Made by a program: the position numbers and the translations under genes. Shown one piece after another: positions 9,377 to 18,004 of a DNA stretch of 64,000 bases (within the stretch, counting starts at the first letter, position 1; every line of letters begins with the position of its first letter). The stretch comes from Candidatus Latescibacterota bacterium (GTDB lineage Bacteria; Latescibacterota; UBA2968; UBA8231): assembly GCA_965203175.1 (NCBI GenBank), contig OZ241867.1, positions 640,001 to 704,000 on the forward strand. The letters are read 5' to 3'. The notes below the pieces were generated by a model that was not told the DNA's origin, ran no database searches, and worked only from the letters and a program-made list of their open reading frames with translations.

Positions 9377-10636
9377 ATGCCGGAAAAGATCGACAAATTC
9401 CTAATCGTCTCCATCGACTGCTGGCGCTACGACGCGCTGAGCCGGACGAACCCGAGGATCAACACGCCTAAATTCGATCTGCTGACGCGGGACTACGCCT
9501 TTGCCGAGCGCTACTTTGTCACCGCGCCGGCGACCCGCCCCTCGCACACCTCGTTGTTCACCGGGCTGTATCCTTTTGAGCACGGGCTTTTTGGGCAGAC
9601 CTACCTGAAGATGTTCGCGGGCGTGGTCAACTTGTTCGACGTTTTTGCTGCGGCCGGGTACAGTGTCCGGGGGTTTTCCGAGCGGCCAGACGTATTCCGC
9701 TTCCTCGACTTCGCGCCTTTTATCGGGCCAGTCGATCCAGCGGCCACCCAGCAGCACTTAGGGTCGCTCGAACGCCTGTCTACCGAACTGATCGAGCCGA
9801 GCGGGCCGCAGTTTAAGTTCCTCCACTTTTGGTACACGCACGGCGGCTACGGCTTGGGCGACATACCCCATCGGCCCAATTTGGGACAACTAGTGGCGAC
9901 CGGGCAGGCAGAAGAGGCGCTGCGCTACTACCAAGCGGCTGTGACCCACGTGCTGGAATTTTCCCTCGTCGAACTGCTCAAGCGAATCGACCTCAACGAG
10001 TGGGCGGTCTTTATCTGCGGCGATCACGGCGAGGGGTTTTGCGGGGAGGTTATGGCGCACGGCGACCGACTGCATCCCAACGTGGTTCACGTGCCCATGC
10101 TAGCGCACGTCCCAGGTGGCTTCTCCTTTCCCCGCGACGGAGCGCTTTCTGCCATCGACCTCTTTCCGACAATCGCGGCGTTGGCCGATCTACCCGTTGA
10201 CTACCAAGGGTTCGGACAGAACTGGCTGGAGCCGAGCGCAACGTTGGCCGATCGCTGGGTATTATCTGAACTAGACAGCCTGTACGGCCTCGGTTTTCTC
10301 ATCCCCGACAATCTGCGCCTGCCCGAGGAACGCGTCACGTCGCCTACGGCTATCGACGGCGAGGAAATAGCGCGCTATGCCGAGGGCATCCGCGAGTGGT
10401 GCCTGTGCGATGGGCGGCACTTCTACCGCGAGGACGAACAGACGGGCGCATACGTCCTGCGCGACCTGCGCCACGGCGACGACGACCTAGTTTGCGCTGA
10501 CCCATCGCACTACCGCGCGCAATATCGCGACCTGCGCGACCGCTCCGCATACCAACAGATGCAGGCTCAAGGAGCAACGGCCGGCGAGGCCGAGATCCTG
10601 CAAGAGCGCCTGCGCGCCCTCGGGTACCTAGATTGA
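9377..10636 (+). CDS. Sulfatase-like/alkaline phosphatase superfamily protein with Thr at the nucleophile position
   Basis: LIVSIDCWRYD, TRPSHTSLFTG, GDHGE, HVPM, C-terminal LRALGY. Confidence 0.85.
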   Translation: MPEKIDKFLIVSIDCWRYDALSRTNPRINTPKFDLLTRDYAFAERYFVTAPATRPSHTSLFTGLYPFEHGLFGQTYLKMFAGVVNLFDVFAAAGYSVRGFSERPDVFRFLDFAPFIGPVDPAATQQHLGSLERLSTELIEPSGPQFKFLHFWYTHGGYGLGDIPHRPNLGQLVATGQAEEALRYYQAAVTHVLEFSLVELLKRIDLNEWAVFICGDHGEGFCGEVMAHGDRLHPNVVHVPMLAHVPGGFSFPRDGALSAIDLFPTIAALADLPVDYQGFGQNWLEPSATLADRWVLSELDSLYGLGFLIPDNLRLPEERVTSPTAIDGEEIARYAEGIREWCLCDGRHFYREDEQTGAYVLRDLRHGDDDLVCADPSHYRAQYRDLRDRSAYQQMQAQGATAGEAEILQERLRALGYLD

Positions 10637-11715
10637 CCGCCGCAGCCAACCTGTTCGTCTTGTTGCTCGTCTTGGCCGGGTGCGGCGAAGACGCGGGCGT
10701 GGATAGCACCTCGGGTGGCGATTGTGCAGACAACCTTCTGCCGGGTGATCGCATCGTGCGCTCGCGCGCAGACGCGGATGCGCTGGAGAAGGAGGGGAGG
10801 TGCAATTACACCATTGCTGGCGACCTCGAAATTACGCGTCTGGACCTCGCCCTTTTTGAGGGCTTGAACCAACTCAGCGCTGTGGATGGCAACCTCACCA
10901 TCCACGACAACGAAGAACTCAAAAACTTTGAGGGGCTGAACAACCTCGCCTCCGTGGGCGGGAACGTCGCCATCCGCGACAACAAAGATCTCGTCGATGT
11001 CAAGGGACTATCTTTTCTCCACACAGTCGGTGGGCACTTCGACGTCTCCCACAACGACAAGCTGACCGCCGTGGATGGCCTAATCAAACTCAACGCGGTC
11101 GGCGGCAACCTGCGCATCGACAACAACAACCAATTGGCCAATATCGACGGCCTGTTCAGCCTCACCACGGTCGGCGGCAGTTTCACCATCGCGTTCAACC
11201 CCTCGCTTGAACTCATAGAGGACCTTTCGAATCTCAGCAGCGTGGGCGGCGATTTAGTCATCGAGGACAACTTGGCCCTCACCGCGCTAGAAGATGTATC
11301 ATCTCTAAAGGAGATTGGCGGCAACTTGCGCATCGGACGCAATGCCGAGTTAGACATTGTCGAGGACGTATCCAGCCTAACGGACGTCGGCCAAGACCTG
11401 AGCATTTACAGCAATCCGCGGCTGACGAGTATCACCGGGCTGGCGAGTCTCAGTCGCGTTGGCGGCAACCTCAACATCTACAACAACGAAAAACTAGTCA
11501 CGTTAGCGGGGTTAGAAAGCCTTGCGCAGGTCGTCCAAGACCTCAACATCTATGAAAACGAAAAACTGACCAGCCTCGCGGGGCTAGCCAATCTCGTCGG
11601 CATTGGGGGCAACGTACTCATCGTCGAAAACGGCAACTTACCTACGAGCGAGGCCCAAGCCTTGGCCGATCGGGCTGCGGCGGGTGAGGTTTCCATCGCC
11701 AACAACGCTGATTGA
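10633..11715 (+). CDS. Receptor-L-domain repeat lipoprotein
   Basis: Lipobox LAGC; about 11-12 tandem 25-aa repeats LxxLxxVGGNLxIxxNxxL. Confidence 0.85.
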   Translation: MTAAANLFVLLLVLAGCGEDAGVDSTSGGDCADNLLPGDRIVRSRADADALEKEGRCNYTIAGDLEITRLDLALFEGLNQLSAVDGNLTIHDNEELKNFEGLNNLASVGGNVAIRDNKDLVDVKGLSFLHTVGGHFDVSHNDKLTAVDGLIKLNAVGGNLRIDNNNQLANIDGLFSLTTVGGSFTIAFNPSLELIEDLSNLSSVGGDLVIEDNLALTALEDVSSLKEIGGNLRIGRNAELDIVEDVSSLTDVGQDLSIYSNPRLTSITGLASLSRVGGNLNIYNNEKLVTLAGLESLAQVVQDLNIYENEKLTSLAGLANLVGIGGNVLIVENGNLPTSEAQALADRAAAGEVSIANNAD

Positions 11716-11723
11716 CCGAAAGG

Positions 11724-12476
11724 TCAGCCACCAGCCATCCCCGTAATAACCTGCTCCACCTCGGCCACGGTCGTCTCCTTGGGGTCGATATCGTCGGCGA
11801 CGACGCGGCCTTGGCGCAGCACCACGATCCGATCCACAACCTGGAAGACGTGGTGGATGTTGTGCGCGATGAAAATACAGGAGTGGCCCGAGTCGCGGGC
11901 GTTGCGGACGAAGCGCAAGACGCCCTGCGTCTCCGCGACGCCCAAATTGTTGGTCGGCTCGTCGAGAATAATGAGCTCGCTGTCGAAGTACATGGCCCGC
12001 GCAATCGCCACAGATTGACGCTCGCCACCCGACAACGCGCCAATGGGCGTCGTCGCGGGAATATCCTTTTCAATGCCCACCTGCTTGAGCAAGGCACGAG
12101 CCACATTCGCCATAGCCTCTTGGTCCATGCGCCCTAAAAACGCCGAGCCTTTCAGGGGTTCGCGGCCCAAGAAAAAATTCCGCGCAATCGACAACTCCGC
12201 TACGAGAGCAGAATCCTGATAGATGGTTTCAATGCCGTAGTCAATGGCGTCGGCTGTGTTTTTGATATCAGCTTTTTCGCCCCGAATGAAGATGTCGCCG
12301 CCGCTGGCGGGGACCGCCCCGGAGAGAATTTTGATCAGCGTGGATTTACCGGCCCCATTGTCGCCGAGCAAACCGACGATCTCGCGCTCGCCGACCGTCA
12401 GGTGGACGTTTTCGAGGGCGCGCACCCTGCCGTAGGACTTGCTGATGTTTTTCATCTGGACTAGTGCCACTGTCAT
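11724..12476 (-). CDS. Sugar ABC transporter ATP-binding protein (single domain)
   Basis: Walker A GDNGAGKS, LSGGERQ signature, IILDEPT. Confidence 0.95.
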   Translation of the reverse strand: MTVALVQMKNISKSYGRVRALENVHLTVGEREIVGLLGDNGAGKSTLIKILSGAVPASGGDIFIRGEKADIKNTADAIDYGIETIYQDSALVAELSIARNFFLGREPLKGSAFLGRMDQEAMANVARALLKQVGIEKDIPATTPIGALSGGERQSVAIARAMYFDSELIILDEPTNNLGVAETQGVLRFVRNARDSGHSCIFIAHNIHHVFQVVDRIVVLRQGRVVADDIDPKETTVAEVEQVITGMAGG

Positions 12477-12504
12477 CGGCTAGCTCTATTTCTTATGTAG
12501 GTTC

Positions 12505-12951
12505 TCAAAGGTACTGTAAATCATCCAAATCTTTATGTCTTCCACTCGCTTGCTTGTTCTGCTTCAAGTGTCTCAGGTTGATAATATTCACTTCGACATT
12601 ATCTATCACATCAACAATTCGTTCTGAATAACAAGAGTCAAAATCAACACCTGATATTGTTGTCAAAAGCTCTATTCTCATGGGTGGAACCCCCATGCGA
12701 ATAATTTGATTCTCTTGCAAAAAGATATCTGCTGATAACTGAGGCGCATTAAGCCCAAATTCCCTCAAGACCACAACCAACTTCTCGGCATTATTTTGAC
12801 GAATTGCCACCCATAAGTCCATGTCGCCAGTTGCACGTGGATAGCCATGATAACCAACGGCGTAGCCACCGACGAGCAGATATTCAACTCGGTGTGAATT
12901 GAGCAACTTCAAGAACTCTTTGAAGTCGGATGGTAGTTGGATCATAGCCAT
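12505..12951 (-). CDS. Nucleotidyltransferase superfamily protein (DUF6036-like)
   Basis: YLLVGGYAV..HGYPRATGDMDL and NKQASGRHKDLDDL motifs. Confidence 0.85.
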   Translation of the reverse strand: MAMIQLPSDFKEFLKLLNSHRVEYLLVGGYAVGYHGYPRATGDMDLWVAIRQNNAEKLVVVLREFGLNAPQLSADIFLQENQIIRMGVPPMRIELLTTISGVDFDSCYSERIVDVIDNVEVNIINLRHLKQNKQASGRHKDLDDLQYL

Positions 12952-13096
12952 AGTTAATCTGCCGCATCAATTCAACGGATTCCAAGCGTTCATAAGGCGT
13001 TTTCGAGTGCCAGTATTCCCTTTCGTCTGATTCTTCAGAAAGGGATACAATTGAAAGGACACCCTTATCTATTTTGAAGGTATCTATTGCCTTCAT
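12884..13096 (-). CDS. Small protein typically paired upstream of nucleotidyltransferases (antitoxin-like)
   Basis: 70 aa, EYWHSKTPYERLESVELMRQ...RLQRVLEV, RBS AGGAG, overlaps the NTase start. Confidence 0.7.
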   Translation of the reverse strand: MKAIDTFKIDKGVLSIVSLSEESDEREYWHSKTPYERLESVELMRQINYGYDPTTIRLQRVLEVAQFTPS

Positions 13097-13270
13097 GCGT
13101 TTCTCCTGCGCCTTCTAACAATCCAAGCTCAGACGAGCACGGCGGGATTTTGCCGAGAAACAATCCGACATTCCAAAACCCACCATTTGTTAATTGGTAC
13201 TCTAACGAGAAAAACTACCATCGTCAACTAAAATGAATAAATCGAACCATACCAGTGCCGCAGCCATCGC

Positions 13271-14251
13271 CTAGTACCTTTCTTGTCGGCGGCGGTCAAC
13301 CCACGAGTGCAGAGCCATCATTCCTAGGATGATCGCGCCAATGAAAATGTTATACGCCAGTCCAGGCACGCCAATGAGCACAATGCCGTTGCGCATCAGG
13401 CGCAAGATGAATACGCCGAGCACCGTGCCGATGATCGTGCCGCGTCCACCCGTCAGGGCCGTCCCTCCAATCACGACCATGGCGATGACCTCCAACTCGT
13501 AGCCAGTGCCGCTGTTGGGATTGGCCGCGGCCGTGCGAATGGAGCTGATGATGCCAGCGAACCCCGCCATGACGGCTGAGAGCACAAACAGCTTGACCTT
13601 GGTGCGCTCTACGGCCACGCCGCGGGCGCGGGCGGCTTCGGCATTGCCGCCCGCCGCTTGCAGCCAGTTTCCCATCTTGGTCTGCGTCAGCAAGTAGCCG
13701 AGCAACAACGCAGCCGCTACAAACCAAAACAGCGACATGTACACGCGCAGGCCACCCACGTTGAAATCCCCCACCAGCACCTCGGCGAGCAAGAGATCCG
13801 CGGCGTCCCAAGTCCGCTGCGGAAACCCGCTCGTCACCACCAGTGCGCTGCCCCGCACAACTAGCAACATGCCGAGCGTCACCAAGAACGAGGGAATTCG
13901 CAATCGCGTGACGAACAAGCCGCTGCACAGGCCGATAGCCGCAGCCGTACTTAAGGCGAGGACGAAGCCGACCTCAATGGACGTGACCCCCGTGTTGTAC
14001 AAGGTCCACATGAGCACCGGACAAAACCCGAACAACGAGCCGACCGAAAGGTCGAATTCGCCGGACGTCATCAGCAAGGTCATGGCCAGCGCGATCAGCC
14101 CCAGTTCCACCGTGAAAGCCAGCATGTTGCCGATGTTGCGCGACGACAGAAACGCCGGATTGATCTGCCAAAAGACGAACACCATGACGACCAGTAGAAC
14201 AAACGGACCGAATTCTGGCCTCGAAAGGATGCGCTGTACGGCTGCGTTCAT
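13271..14251 (-). CDS. Sugar ABC transporter permease (RbsC-like)
   Basis: GEFDLSVGS, IPSFLVTLG, GGNAEAA, ELEVIAMVVIGGTALTGGRG. Confidence 0.95.
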   Translation of the reverse strand: MNAAVQRILSRPEFGPFVLLVVMVFVFWQINPAFLSSRNIGNMLAFTVELGLIALAMTLLMTSGEFDLSVGSLFGFCPVLMWTLYNTGVTSIEVGFVLALSTAAAIGLCSGLFVTRLRIPSFLVTLGMLLVVRGSALVVTSGFPQRTWDAADLLLAEVLVGDFNVGGLRVYMSLFWFVAAALLLGYLLTQTKMGNWLQAAGGNAEAARARGVAVERTKVKLFVLSAVMAGFAGIISSIRTAAANPNSGTGYELEVIAMVVIGGTALTGGRGTIIGTVLGVFILRLMRNGIVLIGVPGLAYNIFIGAIILGMMALHSWVDRRRQERY

Positions 14252-15181
14252 TTATTTGCCCGACAGGATGTCGTCGTAGATCTGGGCCTTGTCGGCCTCG
14301 TAGAGCGCGCCAGTGATGACGTCAAAGCCGGGCGGGATGCCACTGGCGGCCATGGACGCCAACGACAGCGCCATGTAACTGATCGCCAACGGATCTTGCC
14401 ACATGGCTGCGTTGACGTAGCCGCTGAGGACTTCTTGGGTAGTATCGAGCGAGTTGCCCCAGCCGACGACGGGAATGTCGCCGGGGGCGAAACCAGCTTG
14501 GTCAAAGACGCGCTTGATGCTGCCGGTGACCAAGTCACCAAGGCCGATGATCGCGTCGATGTCATCGCCGTTGGCCGTCATGTAGTCAACCATGCGGGCG
14601 ATGACTTCGGCCTGATCGAGGGTAGCGTCGGTGACTTCCCACGTGATGCCCAACGGCTCAAAGACGCTGGCGACGCCCTGTTCCTCTTGGACCCCGTAAG
14701 TCGCGCCTGGCACTTCCACCGGCATCCACACGAAGTCGCCGGATTTGACGTGGCCCTTATCGACCAGATACTGCGCCCACTGCCGGCCGGTCGCCACTAA
14801 GTCGCCGCCCACGTACGCGTCGAAACTAGCGGTGGGATCGGGCGTATTCATGTTGATAATGGGAATGTTTGCGTCGTTGGCTTCCTTGGCCACTTGCACC
14901 AAACTGCCCGGATCGGGGCTGCTGGAGACAATGCCGTCGGCCCCAGCGGCAATGGCAGCGCGCACGGCCTCTTGGTGCGAGGCCACGTCGCCGTTGTGGA
15001 AGGACGTGTTGACCTCGTGGCCGGTGTCTTGGCTCCACTGTTGTGCCCCGGCCAGGAAATACGTCCACACCGGGTCGGCGGGCGAACCGTGCGAAATCCA
15101 GTAAAAGGTCTTGGCCTCGGCCAAGGGTGCGCTCAGGGCCAGCAGCGCGCTGGCAAGCGCAACAATCCTCGTCTTAAACAT
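14252..15181 (-). CDS. Sugar ABC transporter periplasmic substrate-binding protein
   Basis: Signal peptide; Peripla_BP_4-like SHGSPADPVW, AAMWQDP; adjacent to permease. Confidence 0.92.
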   Translation of the reverse strand: MFKTRIVALASALLALSAPLAEAKTFYWISHGSPADPVWTYFLAGAQQWSQDTGHEVNTSFHNGDVASHQEAVRAAIAAGADGIVSSSPDPGSLVQVAKEANDANIPIINMNTPDPTASFDAYVGGDLVATGRQWAQYLVDKGHVKSGDFVWMPVEVPGATYGVQEEQGVASVFEPLGITWEVTDATLDQAEVIARMVDYMTANGDDIDAIIGLGDLVTGSIKRVFDQAGFAPGDIPVVGWGNSLDTTQEVLSGYVNAAMWQDPLAISYMALSLASMAASGIPPGFDVITGALYEADKAQIYDDILSGK

Positions 15182-15346
15182 CGGCGTTCCTCTCTAATTT
15201 AAAATGGATGCTCGTCAGCAGTACCCTTGGTGAATTGAGTCAATATAGGTTCGGATTTCTCTCCTTCCAATGCCCACAGCGGACTCCGATAGAAGACGAG
15301 AACACCTGTTTCACTTCCTTTTTGCCGGTAGCAAATTCGCCAAAAC

Positions 15347-15376
15347 TTGACAGCGAATCCCCTTATTTCCTATCAT
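15347..15376 (+). promoter_or_regulatory. Sigma70-like promoter of secreted paralog 1
   Basis: TTGACA (15347) - 18 nt - TATCAT (15371). Confidence 0.7.
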
Positions 15377-15423
15377 TGCCACAGATTGCCCTTAATCAGT
15401 TCTCACACCGCAAAGGAGATAGG

Positions 15424-16365
15424 ATGAAACACGCAACGCTGCTACTCATCCTCGCAGTTGCCTTTACCGGCACTGCCTTCGGCCACAACGGCCTAACCAA
15501 TTTTCTGCCCACCGTTCCCGACCCGCTTGCCATCAACATAGACGGCGTGGAAGACGATTGGGATTGGTACGACCGCGATTTCGCCAATACCGACATCATC
15601 TCCATTCTGGGGCAGAAGAAAGGCCAAGGGGTCAATCCGGCGCCGGACGATTTTAGCATGGCGTGGTTTATGGCCTGGAGCCCGCCCCCGGACAACGCCT
15701 TCTACTTCTTCGCCCGCGTAAAGGACGATACCCTCCGCGCCGGGTGGGGGAACGAAAAGGCCAACTGGTGGGACGACGACAACCTCAACTTGATGTTCGA
15801 CGCCGATCACGGCGGCGGTCCGGTTACGGGCAACGAGGACATCAACGAAATCTCCAACGGGTATCGCTATCACCTCAGCCCGCTCTTCACCAACGAAGTT
15901 GGCCCCCACGCCGGTGGTCTAGCTGGCCCGGGCGAGAACGACGACTTCCAGCCCTTTAGCATCCAGCCGCGCAACATGCGCTATCGCACCACAATCGCGC
16001 CGGCAGATGCCGGGCACCTCACGCCCAACGTGGAGTACACCTTTGAGTTGAAGACAAAGCTGTGGGACATATACGATGTCGCTGGGGAAGACGCGAGCAC
16101 CCAGCACGTCTTTGCCCCAGATCAGGTCTTGCACATCGTAGTCCAATTTGAGGAAGGCGACGAAGGGCCGCACGGCGAGTCGGATTTCTGGGGACAGGCT
16201 GGCGCTCCCGAAGTCAACGGCATGGTCGATGCCGACCAAGCCGCCGACGCTCTATGCTTGCTGACCGCAGATATCGAAAACTATCCAGACTCCTTTGCCG
16301 ACACAGGAACCGCAGTCGAGCACATCACCTGGGCGCGCATCAAAAATCACTTCCACAGCGAATAA
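15424..16365 (+). CDS. Secreted acidic CBM9/DOMON-like protein with C-terminal TW[G/A]RIK tail, paralog 1
   Basis: Start reassigned to ATG 15424 (RBS AAAGGAG); signal peptide; IDGVEDDW, FFARVKDD, WWDDD..FDADHGGG; ends TAVEHITWARIK. Confidence 0.85.
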   Translation: MKHATLLLILAVAFTGTAFGHNGLTNFLPTVPDPLAINIDGVEDDWDWYDRDFANTDIISILGQKKGQGVNPAPDDFSMAWFMAWSPPPDNAFYFFARVKDDTLRAGWGNEKANWWDDDNLNLMFDADHGGGPVTGNEDINEISNGYRYHLSPLFTNEVGPHAGGLAGPGENDDFQPFSIQPRNMRYRTTIAPADAGHLTPNVEYTFELKTKLWDIYDVAGEDASTQHVFAPDQVLHIVVQFEEGDEGPHGESDFWGQAGAPEVNGMVDADQAADALCLLTADIENYPDSFADTGTAVEHITWARIKNHFHSE

Positions 16366-16383
16366 CTCCGCTGCGATACGCAT

Positions 16384-16419
16384 AAGAAAGGGACGGGGCG
16401 ATTGGCCCGTCCCTTTCTT
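16384..16419. terminator. Bidirectional intrinsic terminator
   Basis: 14-bp perfect stem AAGAAAGGGACGGG / CCCGTCCCTTTCTT between convergent genes. Confidence 0.85.
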
Positions 16420-16424
16420 GCGTT

Positions 16425-17948
16425 CTAATCCCGTTCCCCCTTACCCCCATCCTGTCCATCCACATCTAAGCGATTCAACCACAAGCTCACCCGTCCCAAG
16501 TGGTTCGGCGGCGGCACCGGCGGAAAAATGTGCATCCCCCCGGTGATGATATCCGGCCGCCCATCGCCATCTAAGTCCCCGAGATCAGCGGTCACGAAAT
16601 TGGCCGGATCGCTGGTAATCGAGTGGCGCGTGAAGCGCTGCTGCCCGTCGTTTTCCAGCCAGATCAAGCCCTGACGGGGCAAATCTTCCCACCGCGCCGA
16701 TTGGTCGGCGATACAACTGGCCACGACAATATCCAAGTCGCCGTCTAAGTCGAGGTCGCCAGCATTAGCCGAGTACGCGCCGTAGAACCGGGTGAGATCC
16801 CGGTACTCAAAGCGCAACGCGCCCATATTTTCTAACCACTGCGCCCCGTGATACGGCTTGGCATCCGTGCCGTCGAAACTGTCGCCGTTGGTAAACAAGA
16901 TGTCGAGATCGGCGTCCTGATCCAGATCAACCAACTCAATGCCCGACGAACCAAACGCCGGATTGCGCGCTTCAAACAAAACGTGCTCGGCAAATGCGCC
17001 GCCGCCTTGGTTGACAAACGCGACGATCTGTTCAAACTCCTGGGTGATCAGGGCGACGATGTCGGGCTTGCCGTCGCCATTGAGGTCGCCGATGGGCACG
17101 TGCGTGCAGCCGCTCTTGCTCGACAAAGTGTGGAGTTCGTTGTATTGATCGCCGGATTTGTATTCCAGCCACGCGACTTCGCCCGTGCGACGCCAGCCAA
17201 ACATGGCGAGCGCAAAGTCCCAGTCGCCGTCGCCGTCCAAGTCCGCGGGCCGCACGTCCGCCACCCGGGGGACGCCCGTTGCCAGCGGAAAAGGCGTAAA
17301 GGACTCGCGGCCGTCGTTGACCAGCAGGACCACTTGCCCGAGGAGTTCGTCTGTGGGCATCAGTTGGCCCAACAGCGCGACGACGATGTCCAAATCGCCA
17401 TCGCCCTCCAAGTCGAAAACCTCCGACCGCGCGGGTGCCTTCAATTCCGCGAGCGGCGTTTCCACGCCCCGATTGTCCTCTTGGTGAATCCACGACAGAA
17501 TGTCGTACTGAGCGTCGCAGACCAGAATGTCGGGCTGGCGATTTTGGTCTAAGTCGCCGACGGTGACGTTGCAAATCGCGGGACGCGACGCGGAGTCCCG
17601 CACCGGATGTCCCAAGGGGATTTTCCTGAAAAATTGCGCCACATCGCTCGTATCCGGGGGCAGGGCAGCAAACGCTTCGGGCGCGTTTTCCACGTAGAAA
17701 TCCAAACATATCCGGCGTTCCTCTTCAGATAGCCGTATATTCCTCTGCTGCCACAGCAAGTCGAACATCAGCGACATCTTCTCGGGCCACACCCGGCGCG
17801 TCAACACGCTTGGCTCAGGTGTGGCGTGGCACATGCCGCAATAGGTCTGCACTACAGGGGGATACACAAGATCGGTGCGAGTTTCGCTCGCCTGCTCGCC
17901 GGCGCAAGCAACGACAAATGCAGGTAGCAATCGGATAAAATTTCTCAC
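16425..17948 (-). CDS. Monoheme cytochrome c + FG-GAP (VCBS) repeat beta-propeller lipoprotein, copy 1
   Basis: Lipobox VVAC, heme motif CGMCH followed by P..L....W...M, about 7 DLDGDGD repeats. Confidence 0.85.
   Translation of the reverse strand: MRNFIRLLPAFVVACAGEQASETRTDLVYPPVVQTYCGMCHATPEPSVLTRRVWPEKMSLMFDLLWQQRNIRLSEEERRICLDFYVENAPEAFAALPPDTSDVAQFFRKIPLGHPVRDSASRPAICNVTVGDLDQNRQPDILVCDAQYDILSWIHQEDNRGVETPLAELKAPARSEVFDLEGDGDLDIVVALLGQLMPTDELLGQVVLLVNDGRESFTPFPLATGVPRVADVRPADLDGDGDWDFALAMFGWRRTGEVAWLEYKSGDQYNELHTLSSKSGCTHVPIGDLNGDGKPDIVALITQEFEQIVAFVNQGGGAFAEHVLFEARNPAFGSSGIELVDLDQDADLDILFTNGDSFDGTDAKPYHGAQWLENMGALRFEYRDLTRFYGAYSANAGDLDLDGDLDIVVASCIADQSARWEDLPRQGLIWLENDGQQRFTRHSITSDPANFVTADLGDLDGDGRPDIITGGMHIFPPVPPPNHLGRVSLWLNRLDVDGQDGGKGERD
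16841..17130. repeat. Direct repeat of 43331-43620 (core of duplicated cytochrome c/FG-GAP genes)
   Basis: 18 mismatches in 290 nt by manual count; 65-nt identical run 16930-16994 = 43420-43484. Confidence 0.95.
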
Positions 17949-18004
17949 GAGCGGCCGCCCTCAATCAAGGCAATCCAAAAATCCCATACATCACAGTTTA
18001 GACA

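Larger units (their letters stand above)
12484..13250 (-). mobile_element. AT-rich inserted cassette splitting the ABC operon
   Basis: Abruptly AT-rich; flanked by imperfect 24-nt direct repeats (12460-12483 / 13251-13274, 19/24 identical); GTTAGAA core-like site just upstream of the first gene. Confidence 0.6.

Noticed and set aside
10800-11700. CRISPR-like periodicity (75 nt)
   Set aside because: Degenerate coding repeats of a receptor-L protein; no identical repeats or cas genes
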